This document shows positions 43,339-52,539 of a stretch of 64,000 bases of DNA, in pieces. The stretch is from assembly GCA_012960975.1 (NCBI GenBank), contig DUAE01000039.1:13437-77436 (forward strand). The letters run 5' to 3'. The translations under genes and the position numbers were made by a program. Source of the stretch: Candidatus Poseidoniales archaeon (lineage in GTDB: Archaea > Thermoplasmatota > Poseidoniia > Poseidoniales > Thalassarchaeaceae). Every line of letters begins with the position of its first letter. The stretch's first letter is position 1. The notes under the pieces were generated by a model. That model saw only the letters and a list, made by a program, of their open reading frames with translations, ran no database searches and had not been told where the DNA came from.

Positions 43339-43422
43339 GAGCCTGCGAGAAGCCTTCGATTCTTCAATTGCCGCATCGACATCAAGTTAAAATCAGTAAT
43401 AAAAAGGCAGACAATTGGCTAA

Positions 43423-44517
43423 TTAACGATCTTCCCAGCGTGTCCAGCGACCGGTTTGCTTATTGAAGTAAAGTCCAGCTTTCTTCATCCACTTGTTGAA
43501 TTTCGTTGCACCCGCTCCTGTTGCTAGAATGAATTCTTCTCGGTGTTCTTGCGCTTGGATGTAACCCTTTGCAGCAATTGTCTGGTCAATCCAATCTTCG
43601 ATACTCATCAAGCCGCCAGATAACTTGCTAGCTTCGACCGCGGCTTCAAGTTCTGCTACGCTGGCACCAGTAGACTCCAAATCTCGCATCAATAAATCGG
43701 TAACGCTCGAGACATCGGTCTTTTTCGGAGGTTGGACAACCTTCAGACGTGGGCCTGAATTTGGATCGATTGTGATTCTGCTTCCATTACTCAATTTATC
43801 CTCTACAAATTGCGCCATTGGTGCGCGGAATTCTGTCTCACAATCCCAGCAAATGAGCGAAAAATCACTCAAATCTTCCTGAATATTGCCACCACGAGGA
43901 TCCATTTCTTCACCACATTTAGGACACGCGTGCAAACAAAGAACTGGAGCGATTTTTCGACGGAAATCCACAATATCTTGCGGAGTTCCGACTAAACCCA
44001 ACAACTCGTGGTCACGAGCAGCTTCCAAGCCACGTGTTTCTAATTGATCCTTTAATTTTGATCGCTGATTGTTTTCGTCCGCTTCATCAAAAATAGTCTC
44101 TAATTTGACGATGAGTTCAATCGTTTTCCCGAGTCGGTTCATCACAAGCTTACGCTCGCGAAATTGTTCGACTTGAGCAATTCGCAACTGCTCTTTCTTT
44201 TCAAGCAGTTCAGTATGCAAATCCTTCTGCTCGCGCTTGAATCGCTGTTCCTCAATCTTATCGACTTTCTTTTTCTTGCCTGAATCGGAGAGAACATCGG
44301 CTAGAAATCGCTGTTGAGAAGAAGCGCGCGGACCAGATTTTACTGCATCGAGAACAGATTTTGCAATCTCTTCTTTCAATCCGTAATTATTGATTAAAGT
44401 TTCAACGTCGAGAGATTTCAAATCACCAACTTTAATTCCACCATCCGAAAGAATCTGGGCGGTCTTGGTATCGATACCTCGACGCAGTAGCGCCAGATAG
44501 GTGTCCTTCTTTGCCAT
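43423..44517 (-). CDS. Hypothetical protein: N-terminal helix-hairpin-helix-like module, Lys/Glu-rich coiled coil, internal zinc ribbon
   Basis: 364 aa from ATG 44517 (GAGGTTG SD). Contains GIDTKTAQILSDGGIKVGDLKSLDVETL (HhH-like), KKKKVDKIEEQRFKREQKDLHTELLEKKEQLRIAQVEQFRERK, and CPKCGEE...CWDCETEF. Confidence 0.55.
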   Translation of the reverse strand: MAKKDTYLALLRRGIDTKTAQILSDGGIKVGDLKSLDVETLINNYGLKEEIAKSVLDAVKSGPRASSQQRFLADVLSDSGKKKKVDKIEEQRFKREQKDLHTELLEKKEQLRIAQVEQFRERKLVMNRLGKTIELIVKLETIFDEADENNQRSKLKDQLETRGLEAARDHELLGLVGTPQDIVDFRRKIAPVLCLHACPKCGEEMDPRGGNIQEDLSDFSLICWDCETEFRAPMAQFVEDKLSNGSRITIDPNSGPRLKVVQPPKKTDVSSVTDLLMRDLESTGASVAELEAAVEASKLSGGLMSIEDWIDQTIAAKGYIQAQEHREEFILATGAGATKFNKWMKKAGLYFNKQTGRWTRWEDR

Positions 44518-44606
44518 GACAATCAACCTCGGTTAGCAGATTGGCGTGTAGCCTCCGCTGTGTCCTGCCCAACCAAGCATCGGCTATGAATGCGTGGTTT
44601 ATTCGG

Positions 44607-45518
44607 TCAGAAATCTCCCTCAAATGACGAAATTGCATTTGCAATCATCACCCATTCTTCCGGTTCCATTACATCTGGCCTTTCCTCGAACCATTCAGAA
44701 TCCAATCCCTCTGGTGTATTCTCATAAATATGGTTCATCGCCGCGTTCCATCTCGCCTTATGCCAGCCCTTAACTCGACTCAATCGTCGCGGCGGCTTCG
44801 CAAGCAGAGAACGCAATTTTTTGCGTCTGCTAGCAAAACAATGTTTTGTGATAATTTTAAACATTTTTCGATCAATTGTTCCAACTTCTTCGAGACGATT
44901 GACTGGATTCAAAACGACTAGCCGCGAATTGACCCGTGGTGCTGGACTAAATGCACCCCCTGGTACCTTTCTGTCCAGTTTTACATCAAAATCTAACCAA
45001 AGTGAGAGCCCGAGTGTGCTGAGTGAACCAAAATGATCCATTGACATTCGCTCAGCAAATTCATCTTGAACGAGTAAAACAACAACATCAAATGGATTTT
45101 TTGCATGATGTTGTTGAATTTTTTCTAAGATTGGACTTGAAATTTGATATGGTAAATTAGCAATTAGATGCGATGCTTTTTCAGGCCATTTTATCTTCAA
45201 TGCATCGCCTTCAATTATTGCTAATTTTCCAGAGCCATCTCCGAAAACACGATTCAAATGGGCGATTGCTTCGACGTCGATTTCTAACCCTGTCACAGTT
45301 GCACCAGAGCGAAGTAATTCCAGTGTCAATGAACCGGGACCGGGGCCAACTTCGATGACATGAGCGCTTTCACCTAATGGAAATCCTGCTTCATCAGCTA
45401 ATTCAACCGAGCGAGAAATTACAGATTTATCTAAAAGAAAATGTTGTCCTAAACTTCTGTCTGGGATGATTCTGTCGCGCAGTAAATCAACTAATAATCG
45501 TGAGTCGAGATCTTCCAT
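44607..45518 (-). CDS. ksgA: 16S rRNA (adenine1518/1519-N6)-dimethyltransferase KsgA/Dim1
   Basis: LGQHFLLD, SAM motif VIEVGPGPGSLT and NLPYQISSP. Confidence 0.93.
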   Translation of the reverse strand: MEDLDSRLLVDLLRDRIIPDRSLGQHFLLDKSVISRSVELADEAGFPLGESAHVIEVGPGPGSLTLELLRSGATVTGLEIDVEAIAHLNRVFGDGSGKLAIIEGDALKIKWPEKASHLIANLPYQISSPILEKIQQHHAKNPFDVVVLLVQDEFAERMSMDHFGSLSTLGLSLWLDFDVKLDRKVPGGAFSPAPRVNSRLVVLNPVNRLEEVGTIDRKMFKIITKHCFASRRKKLRSLLAKPPRRLSRVKGWHKARWNAAMNHIYENTPEGLDSEWFEERPDVMEPEEWVMIANAISSFEGDF

Positions 45519-45529
45519 GTCAACACCGT

Positions 45530-46132
45530 TTAATTATCGGTGCGAATCATTAAATCCAACAATCGCAAATTATTCGACGGATCTTCCATCTCTCGATGAT
45601 ATCGTTCTGCCAAAAGGCGAATGGAATCAATTTCACAGGCTGCATCCACTTCTTCAAAACTCATCCAACCCGCGCTACCTCTTGATTGGACCATTTTTTG
45701 CGCCTTCGAACTACCAATTCCTCCCAATAATTGGAATGCATGAATTTTCAATGAAATTGCATTCGCTCGATTGTAGAAATTCAAATGTCGCTCAGGGTCT
45801 GCTTCGATTAAGCTGGCGATTTCATCGATTAATGAATCGGAAGCGACAGAGCTCAAATCACGAAATCGTAGCCTCGAAATTGGACCGATTTGGGAATCAC
45901 CCAATTCGATTCTTGAAGATGTAGTCAATTCACCTGGATTGTCGACACGTGCGCGGATGATGTAAAGTCGCGGCTCAGAAATCGCTTGCAATTCAGATCC
46001 AAACGGGCGTCGGTCAGTGATATCCAAAACTCGAATATGGGTTTCATTGGCTAGAGGGTCTTCCTCATCTGCCGAATCAAACGCTCCGCCCGCATGCATG
46101 ACACTCACCCTTTCAGACTGGTTATCCCTCAA
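45530..46132 (-). CDS. DUF655-family putative RNA-binding protein (OB + HhH)
   Basis: It sits in the conserved archaeal L21e-rpoF-DUF655-ksgA cluster. The C-terminal HhH-like segment is GIGSSKAQKMVQSRGSAGWMSFEEV. Confidence 0.7.
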   Translation of the reverse strand: MRDNQSERVSVMHAGGAFDSADEEDPLANETHIRVLDITDRRPFGSELQAISEPRLYIIRARVDNPGELTTSSRIELGDSQIGPISRLRFRDLSSVASDSLIDEIASLIEADPERHLNFYNRANAISLKIHAFQLLGGIGSSKAQKMVQSRGSAGWMSFEEVDAACEIDSIRLLAERYHREMEDPSNNLRLLDLMIRTDN

Positions 46133-46170
46133 GAAAGGATTCGTTGAGGGTAATCACCATTTTCCTACGT

Positions 46171-46524
46171 TCAGAGAACATGTTGGCGGATTGTAGTGAT
46201 GATTTCCTCGATTTCTGAAGTATCCATCGCAATCCGCTTGCTGGAAATAATCACGCGAACGTCGGAAACTCGCATTGGAGTTAATTCGGCCAATTTTGCG
46301 CAAATTTCGGGATTATTTACAAGCTTTTCATTTGAAGTTAAATCATTGTAAAGAGCGGTGAAAATTTTAGGGTCGGTCTTCATTCCACCACGGTTGGTGG
46401 AAGCTGCCCACTCAGCGTGTTGTAGAGCCATTATCTGCTCGTATGAGAGTTCTCCACGGCGTTCGTTTGCATCTGCGAGTAAATCGCGAACGGTTGCGTA
46501 ATCAATAAATTCTCGCTCATTCAT
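46171..46524 (-). CDS. rpoF: DNA-directed RNA polymerase subunit F (Rpo4)
   Basis: 117 aa. The position after L21e and the patterns ...YATVRDLLADANERRGELSYEQIMALQHAE... and ...AKLAELTPMRVSDVRVI... match RpoF. Confidence 0.8.
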   Translation of the reverse strand: MNEREFIDYATVRDLLADANERRGELSYEQIMALQHAEWAASTNRGGMKTDPKIFTALYNDLTSNEKLVNNPEICAKLAELTPMRVSDVRVIISSKRIAMDTSEIEEIITTIRQHVL

Positions 46525-46529
46525 CTAAA

Positions 46530-46826
46530 TCATTCCTGGATTGGCCTTAGGTGCTCTGGACGAGCTACAACGGTTTTTGACATGTTTTGATCCTTTACAC
46601 TAACGATGTAAGCGCGACCTTGTTCACCAGCTATTAAGCCGGTCTTGCCTTGAAAACGACGGTGGGGCATACCCTTGTGTTGTGCGCCGTCGAGAACGAT
46701 TGCAACGCGATCACCAATCTCGTATTGATGCATAACACGATTAATGAAAATGCGTCCACGCTCAGACTTGCTTTTGCGTAGAATCGAGCGCGTACCTTGG
46801 CGCTGTCCGTGTGTGCGGGTAACCAT
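46530..46826 (-). CDS. rpl21e: 50S ribosomal protein L21e
   Basis: MVTRTHGQRQGTRSILRKS...YEIGDRVAIVLDGAQHKGMPHRRFQGKTG.I is the L21e pattern. SD AAGGTGA. Confidence 0.93.
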   Translation of the reverse strand: MVTRTHGQRQGTRSILRKSKSERGRIFINRVMHQYEIGDRVAIVLDGAQHKGMPHRRFQGKTGLIAGEQGRAYIVSVKDQNMSKTVVARPEHLRPIQE

Positions 46827-46905
46827 CTTCTCACCTTACTGACCATAGGTCGTGGAAGCGGGCGACCTGCCTCGTATTCTTAAGGACTCGGATTTGCAAA
46901 ATATT

Positions 46906-48345
46906 TCACTCCGAGTGAATTTCCTGTACATCGAGCCACAGCACCTCACATTCGAGGTCTCCGAGTACGCTTCGAACCGAAGGCACCGTTCTGCCCTCGT
47001 CCGAATGAATCAGTTCCTTGACGTAAGTTCCAGCCTCACATTGTAATGTGAATTGGACTTCGTTGCCGTCGACGATAACGTCGCTAACTGAATTGACCAT
47101 TCGATGGCGAGTTTTGGCGGCTCTTCGATGAGAAACTCGCTTCGGAGTCTCTTGAGCTAATTTTACACCTGAGAGACCCAAAATTGACTCGATAACGAAG
47201 TCTTCCTCTGGCATTTCTTCGACACGGAATCGAATAGTGTAGGATTTTTCTGAACGAGTTTCTTTGACGCGTCGGACCTCAACACGATCCGACCAACGTA
47301 AACTATTGATTTCAACGCGATCCTCTGCACTCAAATTAATAGCTTTTTGAATTTCTTCGATATCGATACGACGACGTTGAGGTCGCTTAATTTCCATGAC
47401 AAAAGGACGACCGCGGCCCAAGCAGCGGACATCAATATCTTCACGGCCCATTCCGTGGAATGAAGTATCTTCAGCGTCGAGAGCAATTCGCAGTGGTTCA
47501 CCAATCAAATCCTGCACAGAATCAAGATATTGCAAGCCAGTTCCTGAACATGATTCACAACCACCTCCACGCCCACGGCAGGCACGACAAGGCCATCTCG
47601 TCTGGGGAATCCCACGCTCTAATTTGAGATAGCGGCCGAACAAAAATACCGGCCGTATATCGACTGAAACACGAAGTGTGAGCCCGTCGACTAGAATCAT
47701 TAAATCAGGTTTTTCTTTGACAAACTGCACTTCGTTAACACTTGTCAACAAAGCATCTTGAATCGCGTCAACAAAAGCTGATTTCATCGGTTGAGAACCG
47801 GGGGAACCATGGCGAGTGCGTATTCGATCTTCCTCTTCAACCAGGTCTTTTGGCAAATGAATTCCGAATTGAATAGAGGAATACTCAACCTCACCTGTTT
47901 GGTCGATGATGCGAATTACAATATTCTCTACATCATCGAATAAATCTTCACAAAGTGGACATAAATCAGGCTTCTCTAAAGACTCCAAATCTAAATTTCG
48001 GGCGCGGGCTTCAGAGCGAATTATAGCGCCACCAGCCGCGCCCTTCGCGACTGTTCTACGACCAGCAAGACGCTGCAAACAATGGTCGCATGAGCCTATC
48101 CGAATCAAATGTTCAATCCCAAGAGGTGCCGGGCAAGGTGGTGCATCCCAGTTGATCACAGAGCCTTGAAATTCAAAATCGTCACCATCAAACCACTCAT
48201 CTTTAGAGGGTTCTACGGTTTCGACAGTCTCATCAGTATCAACTACAGAATAAGCGTAGCCAGCGCTGGCATAATTCGACCAATCGTCTTCATCAGAATC
48301 CGGATTGCCCTGGTTAGAATCATTTGAATTGGATTTGTCTGGCAT
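46906..48345 (-). CDS. pus10: tRNA pseudouridine(54/55) synthase Pus10
   Basis: Zinc motifs CDHCLQR...CPLCEDLF, a THUMP-like middle region, catalytic GREDIDVRCLGRGRPFVMEI and C-terminal YVKELIHSDEGRTVPSV. It has a ~70-aa acidic N-terminal extension if ATG 48345 is the start. Confidence 0.88.
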   Translation of the reverse strand: MPDKSNSNDSNQGNPDSDEDDWSNYASAGYAYSVVDTDETVETVEPSKDEWFDGDDFEFQGSVINWDAPPCPAPLGIEHLIRIGSCDHCLQRLAGRRTVAKGAAGGAIIRSEARARNLDLESLEKPDLCPLCEDLFDDVENIVIRIIDQTGEVEYSSIQFGIHLPKDLVEEEDRIRTRHGSPGSQPMKSAFVDAIQDALLTSVNEVQFVKEKPDLMILVDGLTLRVSVDIRPVFLFGRYLKLERGIPQTRWPCRACRGRGGGCESCSGTGLQYLDSVQDLIGEPLRIALDAEDTSFHGMGREDIDVRCLGRGRPFVMEIKRPQRRRIDIEEIQKAINLSAEDRVEINSLRWSDRVEVRRVKETRSEKSYTIRFRVEEMPEEDFVIESILGLSGVKLAQETPKRVSHRRAAKTRHRMVNSVSDVIVDGNEVQFTLQCEAGTYVKELIHSDEGRTVPSVRSVLGDLECEVLWLDVQEIHSE

Positions 48346-48455
48346 AATATCACCGATCGCTGGAACGGAGGGAATCCGTATCTACGACGATTGAGCGAAA
48401 GAAGGGTCACCTTTGAGCGCTTCGATTCAGAAAATCAAAAATCAAAAATTCATAT

Positions 48456-48797
48456 TCACTGTTTATCGGGCATATTCTGACCGCCAGCATCGCAAATTTG
48501 TCTAAGCAATTTGAATGAATATAAACCACTTGAACAGCCGCTTGGCCACTCGAATCTTATGGCATATCTTCCTATTAATCCGACCATCGGCTTGGTCATT
48601 TGCATGCGCATCAGAGATTCCTTAAAATCAAGAATTAATTGTTGGTTTTCTTGTCTTGGCCTGCATGATGCACATGGGCAAGCTAGTCTAACTTTGATAT
48701 AGTCTAGTTTGAATGATTTTTTGTCGGCGAATCTCAAAACACAGCTTTCTTCACCGCGTTCAATGTCAGTTAGTAAATTCTGATTTTCGTCCGACAT
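48456..48797 (-). CDS. DUF971 domain protein
   Basis: 113 aa. LRLACPCASCRPR...GRYAIRFEWPSGCSSGLYSFKLLRQIC follows the DUF971 pattern (C.CA.C ... YA....W.DGH..GIY....LR). Confidence 0.6.
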   Translation of the reverse strand: MSDENQNLLTDIERGEESCVLRFADKKSFKLDYIKVRLACPCASCRPRQENQQLILDFKESLMRMQMTKPMVGLIGRYAIRFEWPSGCSSGLYSFKLLRQICDAGGQNMPDKQ

Positions 48798-48851
48798 AGA
48801 AAAAACTCCACCCTATTGTGTATCTCACTCAACTGCTCGGCTTGAACCCAC

Positions 48852-51800
48852 TCATTCAATCGCCACGATACTCGAGGTGTTTTTTGATTGGGGTCGCGCG
48901 CCCGATATTCTCCATCGCGCTAGCGCTCCGAGCATTGCAGGTGTGGTAATCATGCTTGCAAATAATGACAATCCAATCATCACTGCACAGAAAAGTCCGA
49001 AGCTTGCAAAGAAACCCATAGCAGATTGCCCGATGATTAGGAAGCCAGTTACATCCGAGACCGCTGATCCGACAAGCGCCAATCCGGCTGCCCCACCAAT
49101 CGCTCGTATCGAATTATCAACACTAGCTCCCTCACTTCGCTCTTCCCGATATCGCTCGACGACGTGAATAACATAATCGATACCGACACCCAGTGACATC
49201 GCTGCGATGGCTACAGTCACCATATTCAATCCATATCCCGCCATCGCAATTATCGCATAAAGCCAAATCACAACGATGACAATCGGGGTTGTCGTAAACA
49301 TCGCTAGTGAAAGTGAACGAGCACTCCAACGTCCGGCGCCATACAATAATAGAAGCCCAAGAACAGCTGCAAAAGTTGAGTTTACCGTGAAGTAAACATA
49401 AAACAGAATTGCGACGATTATTGGCATCGAAATTATCAAATCACGCAGCGAATATGCAATCCTTCCGGCACCTTCGACAGAAACTGGTCTAAATCCCCAC
49501 CAGAGCATGATTAAACAAAACAAAACTCCGAGCAGCAAAGATCCTTGCAGCTCTTTTTGCATGCTCGACGATGCGATATATCGGGTAACCGGATCTCCAG
49601 TTGGAATCGCCCAAGTCACTGGGAATTCTTCGCTTGTAGAATCTAATTTCGCGCGCTCGGATATATCGCTAGCCGCCAATTCTTGGAATGGTTGCATATC
49701 GATTTTCAATTCAGCCAATACCAATCCCACCAGGCTGAATTGCTCAGCGTTGGATATTCCCCAACGCATTGTCATCCGCTGGTATTCAGGCAATTCTCCT
49801 CCCTCGCATAGGTGCACAGCAGCCTGGTCTAGTACACAATTTGGTAAGATATAGAGGGCAGAAATACTCGCTGGAATCTCAGGGATTATACCACCAGCAG
49901 GAACACCATAAGTGAATAAAAATCCATACAAAAACCGTAAACAATCACGGTCGGTCTCGTCTGGCAAACCTGTTGGTTCAACCGAACAATCTAACGATTC
50001 TGAATTCCAACCGGCATTCTCGAATGGCGTGGAATCAATTGCCATACTCCCCTTCGCGAACCAAATTAGTTCATCGATTGCATGCATCTCAGGCGTACCC
50101 AACGGCGTCTTCGTATACTTACCTGGATCATTTTCTGATTCGTTCATCATGTTGACTCGAGTGGCCTGTATTGCTGCGTAAACTCTCGGGTCAAGCATGT
50201 CGCCTTCGATAATTACTGCAGCCGGTTCACCCTCATCGCTAAATCTTGTATTTACCAAAATGATTCCTTGGGCAAAGTCGGATTCTTCTGCAATGAAATC
50301 TTCGACTTTGAAGTCGCCTTCTAAACTCATCATCACCGGTACTGCGAAGGCGGTTGAAACGAAAATTAACACTAGAGAAATTGTTGAATACTTGGAAGCA
50401 GTTGTGGCGATATTTGCCAACCAATCCTCTTTGACCATATGGACTTTCGTTGAATCTTCTTCGACGAGTTTACCTCGCTTTTTCATAAATAAATCCAAAT
50501 CCATTCTGATGATTGGACCCCATAAACCAGTTAGAACAAATGCGGCTCCAACACCAAGAGCTGCTTCGATTCCGAACGATCTTAGTGCAGCAATATCAGA
50601 GGTGAGATTGGCAGCGAAGGCTGCCATCGTAGTGAATGAAGTCAGCATTATCGCTCGACCAACACGTGTGAGCGAAGCATGTGCTGCACCTTCAGGAGAT
50701 TTGCCATCTCGTCGCTCCTCTTTGTAACGGTGTAATGCATGAAGGCTATCGTCGATTCCCAGTGCTAATACTAAAATTGGTAATAAATTTGAAAATTGAC
50801 TTCGACTAATTATTTTGATTCCGAGCGCATCTCCACCAATAATTCCCCAGCCGATTAATCCCTGCATCCAAAGTAGGCTGAAACCTAAAGTTGCAGTTAC
50901 GATTGCAACATCAGAAAATCGTCGCAAACTAAGCCACAAAAGTCCAATTATTGCAACTACCATCATTACCATCAAGATTAAAGATTCCTGTAATTCACGA
51001 TTAACTTCAACGTTAATTCCTTCACCTATCAACATCGAGATTGTTAAATCATCAGAACTTCTAATGCTCGCTTCCATCGCCATCAAAGCCCACTCAACAC
51101 TACATGGTGCCTCGCCAGATTCGACTGCTGTGCGGCATTCATCCACCGTATTGAGCGGTGGTGTAGTCAAAAGGTTCGAGCCATAGTAAGAATATCCCTC
51201 TGGCTCGGAAGCCGCATCAATCCACGAATATGTGAATCCATTATCCTCGAGAGAATCTCGTCCGAGCTGAACTAAAATCCAAGTTGTCGAAGCCGACCAT
51301 CTTCCAGGACCCCATTCGATATCATTGGCAAATGTCCCTTCAGAATTCATTTTGCCTCCAATCGGGCCAATTACCGGACTGGACTCATCATAGGTGAAGC
51401 CGCGATCAGTCGACATCCATCTCAACATCGCACCATCAGAATGCATAATCATGCGATGTACTACCAAATCGATGTGAGATTGAGTCAGATTTGGATCATC
51501 GAATTGCAGACATTCGAGCTCCCCGCAATCATTCCAATTCGTCTTAGCCGGAATCGGCTGGCCGAATAGGTTGACAGTATCGCGTGTGAGCATCGATTCA
51601 TTTGCCATAAATGCGCGGAAATTATCCGGAAGGGCAAGAATCCCGTAAGCGCCCTTTCCGGTCAATTCCGAAACTATCGGACGAGTAAATTCAGCGAGAG
51701 GGTTCATATTCGCCCGAGCGACTTTAGTATCGATTTCACGCAACACACTCAGATTCAAAATACCGCCAAGCGGCACTCCTTCACCGACCAATCCTGTGGA

Positions 51801-52148
51801 TTCTCCAGGGTAATCTATACGCTCAAGAGAGGTGGGGAGTTCGTCAAAAAGAACGTTCCCCTCATCATCCAAGTGAGGTGCAATGTTGCTATTATCAATG
51901 TTTGATGGGTCGCGAATTGTGACCATAATTCCATACGAAACTTCAGAGGAAGCGAATTCTTGATTCAACACTTTATCTGCAGTTAATTCTGGTGATTCCA
52001 TATCATATGCTTCAATATCAATCGGCGTCAAACTCGCTGCTAATCCAGGTAACATCAGCAAAGAAATTACCAATATCGAGGTATGAACTATTTTCCGGTG
52101 AGGCAGTAATAAATTTGCTACTGACTCAAAATCACGAACTTCGTGCAC
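48852..52148 (-). CDS. RND-superfamily exporter (MMPL/COG1033-like), 12 TM with two large extracytoplasmic loops
   Basis: 1098 aa. Two blocks of ~6 TM segments, with SSD-like segments (ALGIDDSLHALHRYKEER and SLGVGIDYVIHVVERYREER), each preceded by a large soluble loop. GTG start. Confidence 0.8.
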   Translation of the reverse strand: MHEVRDFESVANLLLPHRKIVHTSILVISLLMLPGLAASLTPIDIEAYDMESPELTADKVLNQEFASSEVSYGIMVTIRDPSNIDNSNIAPHLDDEGNVLFDELPTSLERIDYPGESTGLVGEGVPLGGILNLSVLREIDTKVARANMNPLAEFTRPIVSELTGKGAYGILALPDNFRAFMANESMLTRDTVNLFGQPIPAKTNWNDCGELECLQFDDPNLTQSHIDLVVHRMIMHSDGAMLRWMSTDRGFTYDESSPVIGPIGGKMNSEGTFANDIEWGPGRWSASTTWILVQLGRDSLEDNGFTYSWIDAASEPEGYSYYGSNLLTTPPLNTVDECRTAVESGEAPCSVEWALMAMEASIRSSDDLTISMLIGEGINVEVNRELQESLILMVMMVVAIIGLLWLSLRRFSDVAIVTATLGFSLLWMQGLIGWGIIGGDALGIKIISRSQFSNLLPILVLALGIDDSLHALHRYKEERRDGKSPEGAAHASLTRVGRAIMLTSFTTMAAFAANLTSDIAALRSFGIEAALGVGAAFVLTGLWGPIIRMDLDLFMKKRGKLVEEDSTKVHMVKEDWLANIATTASKYSTISLVLIFVSTAFAVPVMMSLEGDFKVEDFIAEESDFAQGIILVNTRFSDEGEPAAVIIEGDMLDPRVYAAIQATRVNMMNESENDPGKYTKTPLGTPEMHAIDELIWFAKGSMAIDSTPFENAGWNSESLDCSVEPTGLPDETDRDCLRFLYGFLFTYGVPAGGIIPEIPASISALYILPNCVLDQAAVHLCEGGELPEYQRMTMRWGISNAEQFSLVGLVLAELKIDMQPFQELAASDISERAKLDSTSEEFPVTWAIPTGDPVTRYIASSSMQKELQGSLLLGVLFCLIMLWWGFRPVSVEGAGRIAYSLRDLIISMPIIVAILFYVYFTVNSTFAAVLGLLLLYGAGRWSARSLSLAMFTTTPIVIVVIWLYAIIAMAGYGLNMVTVAIAAMSLGVGIDYVIHVVERYREERSEGASVDNSIRAIGGAAGLALVGSAVSDVTGFLIIGQSAMGFFASFGLFCAVMIGLSLFASMITTPAMLGALARWRISGARPQSKNTSSIVAIE

Positions 52149-52253
52149 GAGCCGGCCTAATGCGCTTTACATTTCACACTACCTTATGGTACCTGATGTG
52201 GCTACAGCCCAGACTGTCAAACAACTTGCAGCCCAACTGAAGAAGAGTAATTC

Positions 52254-52487
52254 TCAAATCGATGTACGAATACCCATAGCGCGCACAACGCACCATCCTG
52301 CACGGGCCTCCCACATGCAGAATGCACCGCCGAAGATACTTCCTGTTACAGGGAGCCAGAATATTGGCGAAGAGAGTACACCGAATACCATCATGAGTCC
52401 AAGAATGATTCCTCCAGAGACCAAAACGATTCCAATTTTCAAGCGAAAAGCTTTGCCAGCAGCACCAATGTTGCAGGTTAATGCCAT
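52254..52487 (-). CDS. DUF2892 (YgaP-like) small membrane protein
   Basis: 77 aa with two TM segments. The C-terminal ...GGAFCMWEARAGWCVVRAMGIRT resembles the DUF2892 G..G.C..Y...GI.T motif. Confidence 0.5.
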   Translation of the reverse strand: MALTCNIGAAGKAFRLKIGIVLVSGGIILGLMMVFGVLSSPIFWLPVTGSIFGGAFCMWEARAGWCVVRAMGIRTSI

Positions 52488-52539
52488 GAGTTACCGTTTT
52501 TATTTGTAGTATATCAACAAATGTTTTTTCAAATAAGCG

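Noticed and set aside
45466-45924. 152-aa plus-strand ORF
   Set aside because: It is antisense to the DUF655 gene, which sits in a conserved operon context. Its composition is atypical (Asn/Ser/Leu-rich).
48425-48450. A-rich micro-repeat GAAAATCAAAAATCAAAAATT
   Set aside because: It has only about 2.5 copies of a 6-7-nt unit in an AT-rich spacer. It is more likely promoter/TATA-like low complexity than a functional repeat or CRISPR.
50197-50727. 176-aa plus-strand ORF (and others at 49507-49854 and 50815-51186)
   Set aside because: They are antisense to the 1098-aa RND exporter. Their Ser/Ala/Ile-rich sequences are typical mirror-frame products of membrane-protein genes.
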